Positions 51,774 through 64,000 of a DNA stretch of 64,000 nucleotides are shown here, in pieces. Position 1 is the stretch's first letter; each line of letters opens with the position of its first letter. The stretch is from contig NC_090393.1 of the NCBI RefSeq assembly GCF_036365525.1, positions 55,938,335 to 56,002,334 on the forward strand, written 5' to 3'. This DNA comes from Heterodontus francisci. Its lineage: Eukaryota. A model generated the notes under the pieces. It did no database searches. It saw only the letters and a program-made list of their open reading frames with translations, and was not told the DNA's origin. The position numbers were made by a program, and so were the translations under genes.

Positions 51774-52318
51774 GCATCTTTGGAGGAAGTGTATTAAAAT
51801 CATCTTACTCAGATGGCCACACCCAATCTGGCGTGGTCAGCTAGCCACTCCACCTGCTCAGCCCCTCACTCCATGACCACGAGCAACCTGACTCCTGCCG
51901 TGACCGTGGACCGCTTTCTCACTTGATGGCGGATTGAGCCTTCAGTCCCTTCACTCGAAGAAAGCTGCCCAAATGAGTCATTTCCAGCATTTTCTTCACA
52001 AAAATGCACATATGTTGTTGTTTTGATTAATAAAACAAATGTTAATGCCATTATCTTTTCAAAATTGTTTTACTGGCCCCCTATTTAAGACAAAAATTGT
52101 AATGTAGCCCCCACGTGAAAAGGCTGGACACCCCTACTTCAAGCCTTTAAAGGTTTGTGTTATGTAAACCCATTTTAAAATGGCACATGTCACTTAGGGA
52201 ATGTCTCGATTTCTGTGCTCTGGCACACATTACTTTCACTTGGAGCACAAGCCCAGTGACATGTCGACGGTTGCTGGACTTTCACCTCTATTTAAATGTC
52301 GCAATTCTGCTACTATCC

Positions 52319-52542
52319 ATTTGATTTGATTTGATTTAGAGATACAGCACTGAAACAGGCCCTTCGGCCCACCGAGTCTGTGCCGACCATTAACCACCCA
52401 TATTATACTAATCCTACACTAATCCCATATTCCTACCACATCCTCACCTGTCCCTATATTCCCCTACCACCTACCTATACTAGTGGCAATTTATAATGGC
52501 CAATTCACCTATCAACCTGCAAGTCTTTTGGCTGTGGGAGGA
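52319..52542 (-). mobile_element. 5'-truncated copy of the tRNA-SINE family
   Basis: Matches 34655-34860; (TTTGA)n tail on the plus strand. Confidence 0.85.
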
Positions 52543-54689
52543 ATCACATTGTTACAGAACTTGTTATTGAGGGGAAAACGGGCAGGAAAATCTAAGGAAT
52601 CTCCAAAAGTTGGCACTATTAGTTCCTCATGAATACAACAGTACGGTGTATGAGGCTGAGTGATATTAGCAAAAGGAGGATACTGCTGACCCATATAAAA
52701 TAGTTAGTAAATACAGTATAATGGATAGTTTTTATAAACCTTAATCTGTGATGAACTGTCTACGATTCCTTAACGAAATCTATGCTGTATTTGCAGGTTC
52801 AAAAAATGTCAGGGAAGACATAGTAAAAATGTATTATATTTCAATGACCCTTAACTTTTTTTTGGCTGCGATTTGAATTAAAGGACGAGTTTTCTAAGTA
52901 TGTCAAAGATCGGTAACTGCAATGTGCATTATTTACTATCCAGTTTGAGGGCAGATAACCTGAGTGGCCAATGTCACTTGAAAATTGTCTGTAGCATATA
53001 ATTACATTGCTTTAAAAAGTGCACTTTTGTTAACAGGTAATAGATTTGGCTTGGACATAAATTGGTTAGTCTGGAGTACAACCTTACAGATAGTGATTAA
53101 ACATTTTGTAACTGAATAATACATGTAATAACAATCACTCAACCTTTTGCAGAAAAGATTTTTGTTTATAATTATCTTGCCAGAGCTGAATCAGAATCAA
53201 TAGTGATAGACTGAGATATAGACATGAGTGAATTTCATAGAATCACTTTATTGGAGGAACTGAAGGGCGCTGTTTATTTGGAATTGTGTTTATTTAATTT
53301 TATTACTCGCTTTGGTGAGCAAATGACATTTTGTCCATGAAGATGCTGTTGTTTCTGTATTTCAGAATACAGGACCTGGCTTCACAGTCTGTCGAGATGA
53401 ATAAACTAGTCTTGGCTACCTGCTGTTAATCTCTCTGTCCCTTCCTGTTCCACTCTGCTTATCTGTTTTACAGTACTGTTCTGAAGTATCGTCTGCTTCA
53501 CCCTATAAAATTCTCCTGATTTGGAGATCACTTCCCTTTTGTTGTTGCTCTGTCTTCAGATTCATATTACAAGCAGGTGGAGACGTTGCACAAACAGAGA
53601 CCATCACAAGATGTCAACAGAAGTGTCAGAAATGGTCTTCCTATTGCTGACTTTCCTACTGCCTCACCTCAATGACGACATTAACAATCCTCGCCTTGAG
53701 TTTTATAGTTTATTGGGTGAATTTTCAATCCTGACACAATGTGAATCCATTGAGATCATCCGATAAGGTCCATCTACAACCCTGTGGCGTGGTGTATCTA
53801 GCTGTATTCTGTCAGCAAAAGTAATTCACATTGGCATTGCATACTATTTTGTTTGCTCGCTAGCTAATACAGTCGTGCTGCTCTCCATTCATGTTTGTAT
53901 GCTTAGCTACTTTATTTATCGAAAGAAATGTTTTTTAAATCGGACTGTGTTTTTATGGCATTAAGTTGGCTATACACTTTATCTCCAGCTTAATTGCCCC
54001 CATGTCCGTCTCTGAGTCAATAATGTTGTCAAATGTCCTGGTGCAACATGGTGCCTATGCCTGTTTCACTATTAAGCTAAGACTAAGACCCTAAAACTCA
54101 AAGCACTAAAAAATCACGGCAAACACGAGCCAATAAATTAAATGGTTACATTAACCATCAAAAAGCAGTGACCAATACATTAAATAATTACACTAACAGC
54201 TAAAAACCCGGACAAATAAACGAAATACTTACCTGTAACTTACCTGAGCCTCTGCGCACTCTTAGCTGACCATGGCGTCACTATTTGAGATGTTTCCCTT
54301 TGTCTAGTGTTTGCCGCTCTGTTCCTCCCGATACGTTCTGTTGCTTTCAGCTCTCTACCGATGTAAAATCTGCCCCTCCGCTTTTTAGCCATTTTCCCCT
54401 TTCTGTGAAGGTTCGTTGATGTTCCGTTGAGGTTGTGGCAGAAGTTCGGGAGAACTTTAAGGAAATTCCAGTTGCATTGGCCTGAATTTCCCTCTCAATA
54501 TTGCCCTGCGCAGGCGGAACAGTAAAAAAACAATGATACTTAGAAGTACAATGTCCTGAATCAGAATGACAGAGGGGAATTCTCTCCGTTCTGTACCAAT
54601 GATCAAACATCTGGAGGCGATGTTCGCTGCTTTAATCTAAGCAATGAAAGTGTTGTGATACGTTTTCGTCAAATATTCTTTATTTCTAG

Positions 54690-54785
54690 ATTCCCAGATT
54701 ACTAACTTCCAGAAACAAAACGCTGATTCCGTAAAGGATCTCAAAGCTTCTCTTTTATCCGAACTCCAGAGCGTGAAACAAAATG
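54690..54785 (+). CDS. Type II membrane gene, exon 4: coiled-coil neck
   Basis: ttctttatttctAG; (D)SQITNFQKQNADSVKDLKASLLSELQSVKQN; G|GTAAGA; 96 nt, phase 1-1. Confidence 0.75.
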
Positions 54786-56104
54786 GTAAGAAACAAAATT
54801 GGTGTGTAAGCTGCTTTAGGTAAAAGAGGCGACCTTTAACTTTCTTATGGACCGTGCTAACCGGAACAGGAATAACTATATCAACAATTAAACATGAAAG
54901 ACGCAAAATAATTGTGTTGACTTAATAATGAGGAAGTATCACTGCTGATCAAACTGTTCTTCTATTTTGGAAAGAATTAATTAATGAATTTTGTATCTTC
55001 AAATGTGTTGCGTATAAGGGAGAATTAAGTCATATAGTTGAAAATGGAGCCACATATCAATATTAACGGGGATTTGTATTAATTTAAATTACCACATTAT
55101 GCTCAAAAATTTAGGTGACTTAACCGTGGCTGTGTGACTAATTATTTAGTGGTGTTTTTTTCGGAATACATCCTCGGTTTAAAACAGCTTTCAAAGGGCA
55201 GTCTGAGAACAGAGATTTGTGCAGACCTCCATTTCGCCTAAGTGTCATCGAGCGTTCTCTTCCTGTGATACCTAGGTACGGAAGCTTTGTCGCATTTTTA
55301 TGACTTCATATTGGATGTATATCCAACGGAACTTGATAGTACTACAGAACATTGCCCTAAAGTCTTGCCACCGAACACGTCTGAAGCACCAATTTTACTA
55401 TTACCCAGTGAAGAAAACTTTTAAATAGGGAACTCATAAGTAATACATACATGTCGATATAATATTTGTAATTATATAAGACAGATTTCTTTCGAGAAGC
55501 AAATTGATGAGCATGAGCAAATTAACTAGGAAATGTGCAGCAAGATTGCCTGAAATCTGCATAACTTTTTTCTTCCGGCACATGCGTTCTTGCAGATCAC
55601 TGAGACAGTTGTGGTGTTGCATTCAAAGAATAAAAACTAGACTAAACATTAATGATCTTCAATTGACATTTATGGGATGCTGCGGGAAGGTAACAGGAAA
55701 ATAGCAACTATTCTGAAGCGGCACCATCAATAATAGCATGCACTGTTCTCGATTGCAGACCATCACCTCGTGACGTGAATTTGAGCTTTATATACCGTTA
55801 CATTTGCTCAATATGTTGATGTTGACTTATTTCAGATTAATAGAAGTGTTACTTTTTTATCCAAAAGGAGGCAACGTCAACTCAACTACTTTCCTTCATG
55901 TTCCACGTGTGCCGGAATGTGTCATTTGATGATGCCGGTCAGTTTAAACGTTGCCCTGCCGGCTAGTTTGCTAGAACCTGTGCAGGAAATAAATAGAAAG
56001 ACATGGGTCAATTGTCATCGGCAAAAATTTACATCCTTCTAAAGGAGAAATTTGTATCATATTATCCAACTATTGACAGCGCATTAATGTTTCTTTGTAT
56101 TTAG

Positions 56105-56179
56105 TCACAACAATATCTGACGAAGTTCAGAAGCTGGAAGAATCACTTTCAAGGCTCAGGCAGACTTTGCAGAAACAAG
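56105..56179 (+). CDS. Type II membrane gene, exon 5: coiled-coil neck
   Basis: tttctttgtatttAG; (V)TTISDEVQKLEESLSRLRQTLQKQ; G|GTAAGG; 75 nt, phase 1-1; heptad I/V/L/L/L. Confidence 0.78.
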
Positions 56180-56799
56180 GTAAGGCAACAGTAGTTTATT
56201 GCCTACTCACAAAACTGGGCCTGAAAGTACACTGTGGGATACCAGCACGCCAACGTTAACGCCGTCAGCTGAAATTCGCCCTCCTCACCCGCTACTGTGG
56301 CAGCAAAGATGTTAATCCAATTATTCTGTGAATATATTCAGTCTGTTCTCCATAGAAGTGCCGGTCTGTTTCCAGGCCCAAGGCTGTGTCCTTTGAAGTG
56401 AAAGGATTTGGGTTTTTTCAGGCTGAAACAATGGACAAAAGTGAACTTTAGTTTTTATGCCTGTTTGTTGGTAATAAACAGGTACTGCCGAAAGCACCAT
56501 ATATATTTGAACACATTTCCAATATTGAAATTTGGCAAGGGTCCGGTATCAAAGGTGGCGGTGCGGGGAGTGCCGCATTAGTCGGCTGTAATACTGACAG
56601 TCGGGTATTCAGTTTAATTGAGTTCAGTAGGACAAAATACAGTCGTCTTGTGTAACGGGTGCCAGAAGAGATTCGACCTGTTTTGCATCCCGGTCATGTT
56701 TAATTTCTCCAATGTATTGGAGTTAAAAGGGGAGCTGGCTAACCCTGCAAAACGGACGTAAGTAATGAATGCACTACGCAACTAAGCCGTACCCATTGA

Positions 56800-59700
56800 C
56801 TGCTTCTTGCAGCCAGCACTAGCAGTGGTGTTCATCGGCTGCACGCGGCAGCAGTCGGCACAATATCGAGAGTGCTGGCAATCCTTAAAGGCAATCTGTA
56901 CTTCTTAAAGGGGAGATACACTGTGACTGCATGAAGTGGTGATAGTCATTGAAAGCTGAATCTGCACCCTGTGCAATTCATATGTCTTTACTTCACCCTC
57001 ACATGCTTTGTACCATTTTACCTCACAACCACAAATCACAAATTAGACACACTATTCAACCATGACAGCCACATCAACCAAACATATTGCAGTAGACTCA
57101 CTGATACATTTCCTTCTTTATTGCAGGAGAAGGCAATGCATAACAGCAGACAGCAGCAAAGAAATCGAGGAGGATAAGCATGCCTGTATATCTTAAACCC
57201 CATGCAGGAGACAGTATTGTCTGTCATGGGGAGGGGCATAGCTGAAGCCATGGCCACGAGAGGTACTGAAGCAATTAATGATGAGGGTATCTGCACATCT
57301 AATCCTCCTTCTCTCTTCCCAATTCTCCCTCATCCCTCAATCTTTCTGACTTAGAAGCTACAGATGGTGTAAGCATACACTTCTTATTTTCTCCTCTTCC
57401 CTCACCACAACCCACCCCATGTTCATTTATTATTTCAGATTCCCAATAACTAGAGCCTTCCTCGTCAGTGAAGGAAGAGGGAGAAGACAGTGAAGAGGAA
57501 GAGACACCTTGACTCAATCTTACACTCGTACCTACTGTCTTATAGACTGGCATTCTGTAACTTTTAGAGGCTGAAATAGAAAAGGAATTTGCACACGGTG
57601 AGACACTGGGCACAAGTGTGCAGGAGCTGGTGGTGAGGTGGTAGGGGGCAGGAGAACAATAAAGCAGATACCAGCTCACTGGAGGGCAAGGCCACACACT
57701 AGTTCTTCAGCAGCGGAGTCAGATCAGGATTTCAATGGGCCAGGCTACAGAAGAAGGTCGATGGGTATACATAACCAAATGCTTGGTGCACTGGTAAAGC
57801 TGTCAGAAAGCCTACACTCAATGTCAAGGAGCATGGAAGAGTGCAGCACAAACATGGTATAAGCTTATGTACGGAGCTTGGTGCCCCTGCTTTCCCAGCT
57901 GGAATAGGTGGTCACCTCCATCAGCACATCTGTGAAACCTGCCATGATGTAGCAGCTGAAAGCTAATGTCACAAATTCCATTGCAGCACAGACGGTCTGA
58001 GTGCTGTACTGGAAGGCTGTTGTCTTGCAAGCTCAAACAGTGCCATCATGGCTCCGTATGCCACTACTCAAAGGGGCTTTCGGGGTATCACAGCAGTCTA
58101 GCAATCTGTTCCGCAACAGATCAGCAGAATTGATAAGGTGCCACTCCGAGAGCGTGGTAGTGGCTTCAGGGAGCACAAAGCTGCTTTCTTCTCTTAGCAT
58201 AACAGCATTCCAGCTGCCACAATTGCCACTCTGCCCTTGCTGTCAGCCAGCCAGCTCAGACTGATGCAGCCCAGGCTGAGATGCTGCAGTCTGAAGCTGG
58301 GTCTTCTAGATCAAAAGCTGCTCGAGGTGGGCTTCCAAGTCCATCTGCAATCTCCTCAATTGTAGGTCAGCAGCCTTCCACCTGGTAGCACCTGGTAGGA
58401 GCAAAAGGAAAGGCAACAACACATGGAAGACAGACACCAAGAGAATGTATAATGGGGATTAATTTATTTTTGTATGCATTATGTCCATATTGAATTTATA
58501 AATTTGGATAGGAATGTGTATTTCTGATGGTCTTTATTTATGTGTTGTCAGAAAGAGGATGATGTGCTGGTCACTGACAGAGGAAAGGTAAGAAGCATGG
58601 AGCTGTTGGTGAATGGGGAGGTGTGGTTGAGGTTACTGGTTTGCTCATTAATTATTTGATCACTTAGATCCCAGATATGTTTTAGCCACCCTTCCTGTTC
58701 TTCCACTCTCTGTTATAATTCCTCCTCCTCTACCTCCTCCTTCACTTTCTCCTCGTCTTCCTCTTCCTCTCCGGCTTCTATCCTGATATGTGGTGGCAGT
58801 GGCTGTTTACTTATAATGGCCAGGTTGTGCTATGCAGCATACCACCACAAATCTTGATAACTATACAGCTGAGTACTGGGGTCCTCCAGTGTGGTCCACG
58901 CTGCAGAAGCATTGCTTGAAAATGTCAATGGTATGCTCTATGATGTTCCTTATGTCAACATGGCTGTCATTGGAGCCATGCCCATGCCTGAGTTCCAGAC
59001 TGGAGTCATGAGCCATGTCATCAGTGGATAGCATTTGGTTGCACACCAGCTACACATTGAGGAAGGAAACCATTTTGGATTATGAAAATGCTGAGTTCAC
59101 ATGAAGGGCAAAGCAGGCAATGTGCATGCCATCAATAGCATCGTGCACCATGGGGAAGCCTGCAATTCAAGCAAGCCCTTGTGAACTCTGCAACTGCTTG
59201 TCTCTATGACGAGAGAATGAGGTGAAACTGTTCTTGTTTTATAGAGCGAACCAGTGGCCTCCCTTATGCAGCAGTGTACTGCAAACTGCGAGATGTAGCT
59301 TGTATCTTCAGCAGCAGCCTGGAAGAAGCCAGATGCATAAAGGTTTAGTGCCACAATCACCTTGACAACCACAGGCAATGCATCCGTGCCCTATTTTGAG
59401 ATTATAGTCGTTGCTACAGAAGTTGGCACATTTCAGTGATGACCTGTTTTGTGAAGTGATAAAGTTCATCATGGGAGTTGAGGTAAGTTCCCTAAAGACC
59501 CTTGGCATATATGACCACAACTTGTGAGCCCTCCTCCCTTCATCCTGCTCTGCGTGACCTTTCTTCATTCTCCTTGTCATGCTCAATTCCAAGAGGAAGG
59601 CCTACCAGGTCACCCATTTCTGGAAGCACCTTGTTTCAGCACAAGTTTTAAATTTAAAAAGTACTTCAACACCAGACAGACCACTCCCTGGAGACTAATC

Positions 59701-60110
59701 AACGTTTAAGCAAGTGTTGGAAACTCTAAAAACACATGCAATTACAGCAGAAGCCAGAAGAAATTATCCAGCAACTATTCTGTAAGTAGTTCATGGTCCC
59801 TTTAAATACTGTGGGAGGAGCGTGGTATTTAACATTATCATTAGCTGTCCGAGGTTAAAGACGGGGCGTAGTTGGAACATAACATTTGAAAATGGCAGTG
59901 CTGGTGTCAAATCAGAATTGCACACTGACGCCATGATTTTCTTTCTCTGCTTGCTCTCACTAGTTGTGCTCACACAAGCCCATTTACTAAGATGGTGTCT
60001 GGTACACTTTCTGTTGGAAGTGTGCGCGCACATTTGCTACCCCATTTTCAAGAATAGGAAGCTGCATGATTCCTCATAAATGGGCGTGACATAGCCCAAT
60101 TTCTCTCCTA
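56800..60110. mobile_element. Decayed Harbinger transposon (transposase on minus; probable convergent second gene on plus)
   Basis: 59097-59378 VKVIVALNLYASGFFQ...ISQFAVHCCIREAT and 58861-59046 RNIIEHTIDIFKQCF...QYS are HARBI1-like; acidic/coiled remnants on plus at 57000-58450; ends approximate. Confidence 0.7.
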
Positions 60111-60999
60111 TCATCTTTGCTGAATTAAGGGAGGGACGAATTTCAGGTGGTGATTTACGCTTTAATATTACACACGATTGTTTCAGGGTTTCTGTATTAA
60201 CACTTGACCACTTTAGCCCTGGCAATCACGTTGATATATTTGTATAAACTGTTAAATGACATGACATATTTAAATTATGCATAAAACATTTGTTGCTACA
60301 CTCACAAGGGTCAAACATGAAGGCCTTATCAAAATTGAGTATTTTTCAGTGTTAAAAGATAAAAGAAAGGAAAGAATGCATTTGAATAACAGCTTCTTAG
60401 CATAATGTGATGTGTGACTATTTTTACTTCATCATTACCCTTTACTTGATGCCATAGTATGAATGATCCTTGTGAAAGTGATCCAACCACAACGTGGCAC
60501 AAACTGCTATTGATTGACATCACTCTGAGAATCCTACTCCAATCGTCAATGGTTTGGCTATTTTGAAAATAAAATCAAATCTATATGATAAGATGAAAAT
60601 ATAGTTTCCAATCATCAAAGTACAAAAATGTGAAGCGACAAGGTGAATTTAACTTGGTACCTTAACCGAATTGTGAGCACAGATCCAAAGAGCAAAGCTG
60701 CTTACACGTAGTAAGTTATGAATTGAGCATTTTCTATCATTGAGGCATGACTTTTCACCAAGATAGCGAATGGGATCTGGTTTTGTATAGGGAATAGTCA
60801 TTTGTGAATTATTGAGGAAAATATGGAATCTATCATTACCGTCATGTTGATTCAAAAGAACTTGGGCTGGGTTTTTGTTACAGAGGAGGGAAACAAGATG
60901 AGTCTGGTTCTGGGTCAGAAACCTGCCTCTGGTGGGAAACTGATTCAGATTGAGATTTTCAAGTGCGTGAGGCCTTAATTGATGGAGATGGAATGCCTG

Positions 61000-63005
61000 T
61001 CCACTTAGATCCAGTGGGGTTGGGCACACAGGTGACTCAGATCAAGGGTGGGACTCATCTGGACTTCCACGGCAGCCATCACTGAGACTGCTTGTTGTCC
61101 TGAGGGAGTGATCTGCCTTCCACAGCACCAGAGGGAAGTGAGATGTCATGGGGGAACTGCAGGACTGGCACTTGGGGCAGGGCGGATCCTCACTTCATCG
61201 ATGCTGACCTGAATCTAATGCTGGAGGCCGTGAGAGAGAGGAGGAAGGTCCTCTTCCCAGAGGGTGGCAAAAGGAGACTACATTGTCATACAGCAGGAAC
61301 AACTCTCTGTTCAGTGTTACCACCACTGCCCCCTTTTCCTACTCCTCTCTTATCTCCTACTCCTCCCCCAATGAGCTGTCTCCTTCCAGGGCCTCACTGT
61401 ACTCAAGGTGCACACTTCTCTGGAGGGCCATGTAATGGAGAGCACAGCAGACCATCACAATGATCGAGACCATTGCAGGAAGGTACTGGAGGGCACCATC
61501 CGACTGATCTAAGCACCAGAATTGCACCTTCACAAACCTGATGGCCTCCTCAATGGCTGGCCTCCTCAATGGCTGGCCTGCTGAGCAGGTGGCATTGGTT
61601 GTTTTTCCTCTGTGCCTCTGTCCGGGGCTCTCATAGAGGGGTAAGTTAACATCTCTTCAAGGAATTTCCTTTGTTCCCCAACACACTGTGGGGGATGGAG
61701 TGAAGCTTCGAGGCATCATGGACTGGCAGAGGAAGAAGGGGTTATGGCAGCTGCCAGGAAAGTGAGCACAAACATTGAGGAAGCTCTTGTTGTGGTTGCA
61801 GACTAGTTGCACGTTGAGGGAGTGGAAGCCCTTCCTGTTGATGGAGCTCACTGGCTGGTCACAGGGTGCCTTGATAGCCACATGGGCTCAATCGATGATG
61901 CCCTGCACTTGGAGGGATCCAACGATGGAGGTGAAACCCAGTTTCCTCTGTGCCTGCACAGGCCCATCTGTATCAAAGTAGATGTAATCCCCTGCCCTCT
62001 AGAACATGCCATCCATGACCTGCCTGATGGTGTACCGAGCTGCTGACTGTGAGATGCCACCTAGGTCTGCAGCTGATCCCTGGAATGACCTAGTTGCATA
62101 GAGATTCAGGGTGATGGCTGCAGGTAAAGGACTGCCATGGGGTTGCGAGGCCTCGGTTCATTGTGGATCAGATCACAAAGGTCCAAGACCATATGCCTTG
62201 ATAGGTGCAGTCTCCTACAGCACTGGTGCTCCATCATTTGCAGGTGGCTGACTGCTGGGCAGTAGGCTTGATGTCTTTGCTAGTGCCTTCTTCCCCTTGC
62301 AGCCCCTTGCTGTGCTCCTCTGGCCTCCTGTTGTCCAGGAGATCCCATCTGCTGAAGCTCATCCTGGCTGCTCTGTCCAATGTCAGAGTAGCCTGTTCCC
62401 AACTGAACTCGATCAGTTGGGCATTGTTCATTCACCAGAGCTGTCCTGCCAACCCCAGGTGCTCAACTGATGCCAGCAGACTCGTGCCCCTCTCCAGATT
62501 CCTGCCACTCATCACTAAGAAAAGCAAATGTCACAGCTGCAGCAATGGCAGCTCTGTTGCACTTCTAGGGCAGCTGAGCTTCATTTTGTTCTTCAGCATT
62601 ATTTTAGTCAGCCCAGTTTCACACATGGCGGGCTTCCTGTTCCCTACCTTTAAAAATCCCAAACAGCTGCTGACAAGTCTATTTATGAGCTCCACAATGA
62701 GCTCAACAGGCACTTAATTGGAGGCGTGTGGGGTTGCCCTTTCCGATCTCCCAGCATCCCTTTAAAAATGGCTTTGTGTTCCAGAGGCGACGGGACTCAA
62801 AGTCGACCTTCGAGAAATCATCTGCAAATCGAGCTCGCACCTGCTCCCGCAACCTTTAAAACATTCAGCCCCGTATGTGGCCTATTTCTGATGCCTCACA
62901 TCAACTTCACCAGAAACTCTGGAAAAGCGGCATAAGCTGACGTTTTTAGTTGTTTATGCCGTTTCTCCGAGGTTTCCGATGAAGTCTCGATAATTCTGGG
63001 AATTT
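61000..63005. mobile_element. Second decayed Harbinger relic
   Basis: INRKGFHSLNVQLVC...FPGSCH (61657-61881, minus); IEEAIRFVKVQFWCLDQSDGALQY...CCALH (61357-61569, minus); Myb/SANT-like PHFIDADLNLMLEAVRERRKVLF (61143, plus). Confidence 0.75.
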
Positions 63006-63703
63006 AAGTGCAAACGAAACTCAACTCGACGAACATAATCCACGATAAGATTGTTAATATTTTCCCTGCTTACTCAAACTTTCAGAGAATGGTGTGGGGC
63101 TTAGTTGGAAATTTAAGAAATTTCACAATGAAGGAACTGGGGGGAAGAGATGCTCTCCATAAAAATCGTAATCTGAAACAATTTAGTAAATGTGTTCATC
63201 AGGAATTCCTCTAGCTTGTATATCTCAGTAAACTTAAGTGTTCTGAATAGAAGACACTCGTGAATTTTCTAGCAGTACCGACCAGAGGAAATCTTGATGA
63301 GGTTCCTTATCATTTATCCGCACTCATTGATGCACCGACTTCTTGTTCCTACCTCCTGCAGTATACAGCCTATCAGAATAATTCCCCAGTGCCTAAATTT
63401 GAGCAGCAAGTAGAATTTTTCTGCCCAGGAGATGAAGCTCTTTCTTCCTCAGTTACTTGGAAAGTACCACATGAAATATATGCAGAGGAGAAGTCCTGGT
63501 CAGCTGGTTCTAAAGTTTGCTAAGCGAGATTCAGAACTGTATGAAAGAGGCAAATATAATAAGAATACAGAGATGCCTATTGGAATAGAATATATAGTTA
63601 TCAAATGAAAGAGGTATATGAAAGTATAAATCGCAATAAAATTGCCTGTGTAGGAGATTAAAGAGGATGAAATTAACAGAATAAAGCACAACATTATTAT
63701 GGT

Positions 63704-64000
63704 GGGCAGCACAGTGGATCAGTGGTTAGCACCGCAGCCTCACAGCTCCAGCCACCCAGGTTCCATTCTGGGTACTGCCTGTGTGGAGTTTGCAAGTTCT
63801 CCCTGTATCTGCGTGGGTTTTCGCCGGGTGCTCCGGTTTCCTCCCACAGCCAAAAGACTTGCAGGTTGATAGGTAAATGGGCCATTATAAATTGCCCCAA
63901 GTATAGGTAGGTGGTAGGAGAATATAGGGACAGGTGGGGATGTGGTAGGGTTATAGGATTAGTGTAGGATTAGTATAAATGGGTGGTTGATGGTCGGCAC
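63704..64000 (+). mobile_element. tRNA-derived SINE (runs off window)
   Basis: Same family as 34648-34991, with A/B-box head. Confidence 0.9.

Noticed and set aside
53560-53634. Possible extra neck exon (D)SYYKQVETLHKQRPSQDVNRSVRN
   Set aside because: Acceptor and phase fit, but the donor (GTCTTC) is weak and there is no heptad pattern; unsupported without RNA data.

Overview
Eukaryotic, repeat-rich vertebrate DNA, most likely a cartilaginous fish (shark), judged from the cluster-type Ig gene and the CR1/SINE/Harbinger repeat landscape. Two host genes are visible. (1) On the minus strand (about 8.2-12.4 kb) is a complete single-V/single-J/single-C immunoglobulin light-chain cluster with octamer promoter, leader exon, an UNJOINED V (23-bp-spacer RSS), J (12-bp-spacer RSS) and a C exon resembling elasmobranch type II/lambda. 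A diverged, truncated second C-exon start sits just upstream of that C exon. (2) On the plus strand (36.1-56.2 kb, continuing beyond the window) are five in-phase exons of a type II membrane protein with a coiled-coil neck, probably an ASGR/CD209-like C-type lectin; the ORF track misses it. The rest is nested transposons: a Gmr1-type Gypsy with a tandem array of PBS-like units, a full-length decayed Gypsy, a Gypsy gag flanked by INVERTED LTR ends, solo LTRs, a young RTE LINE, many CR1-group LINEs, Penelope fragments with hammerhead-ribozyme cores, tRNA-derived SINEs and Harbinger relics. The main highlight is the split, RSS-flanked lambda-type light-chain cluster, because elasmobranch type II/lambda genes are classically described as germline-joined. 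All translations and alignments were done by eye; no database searches were run.
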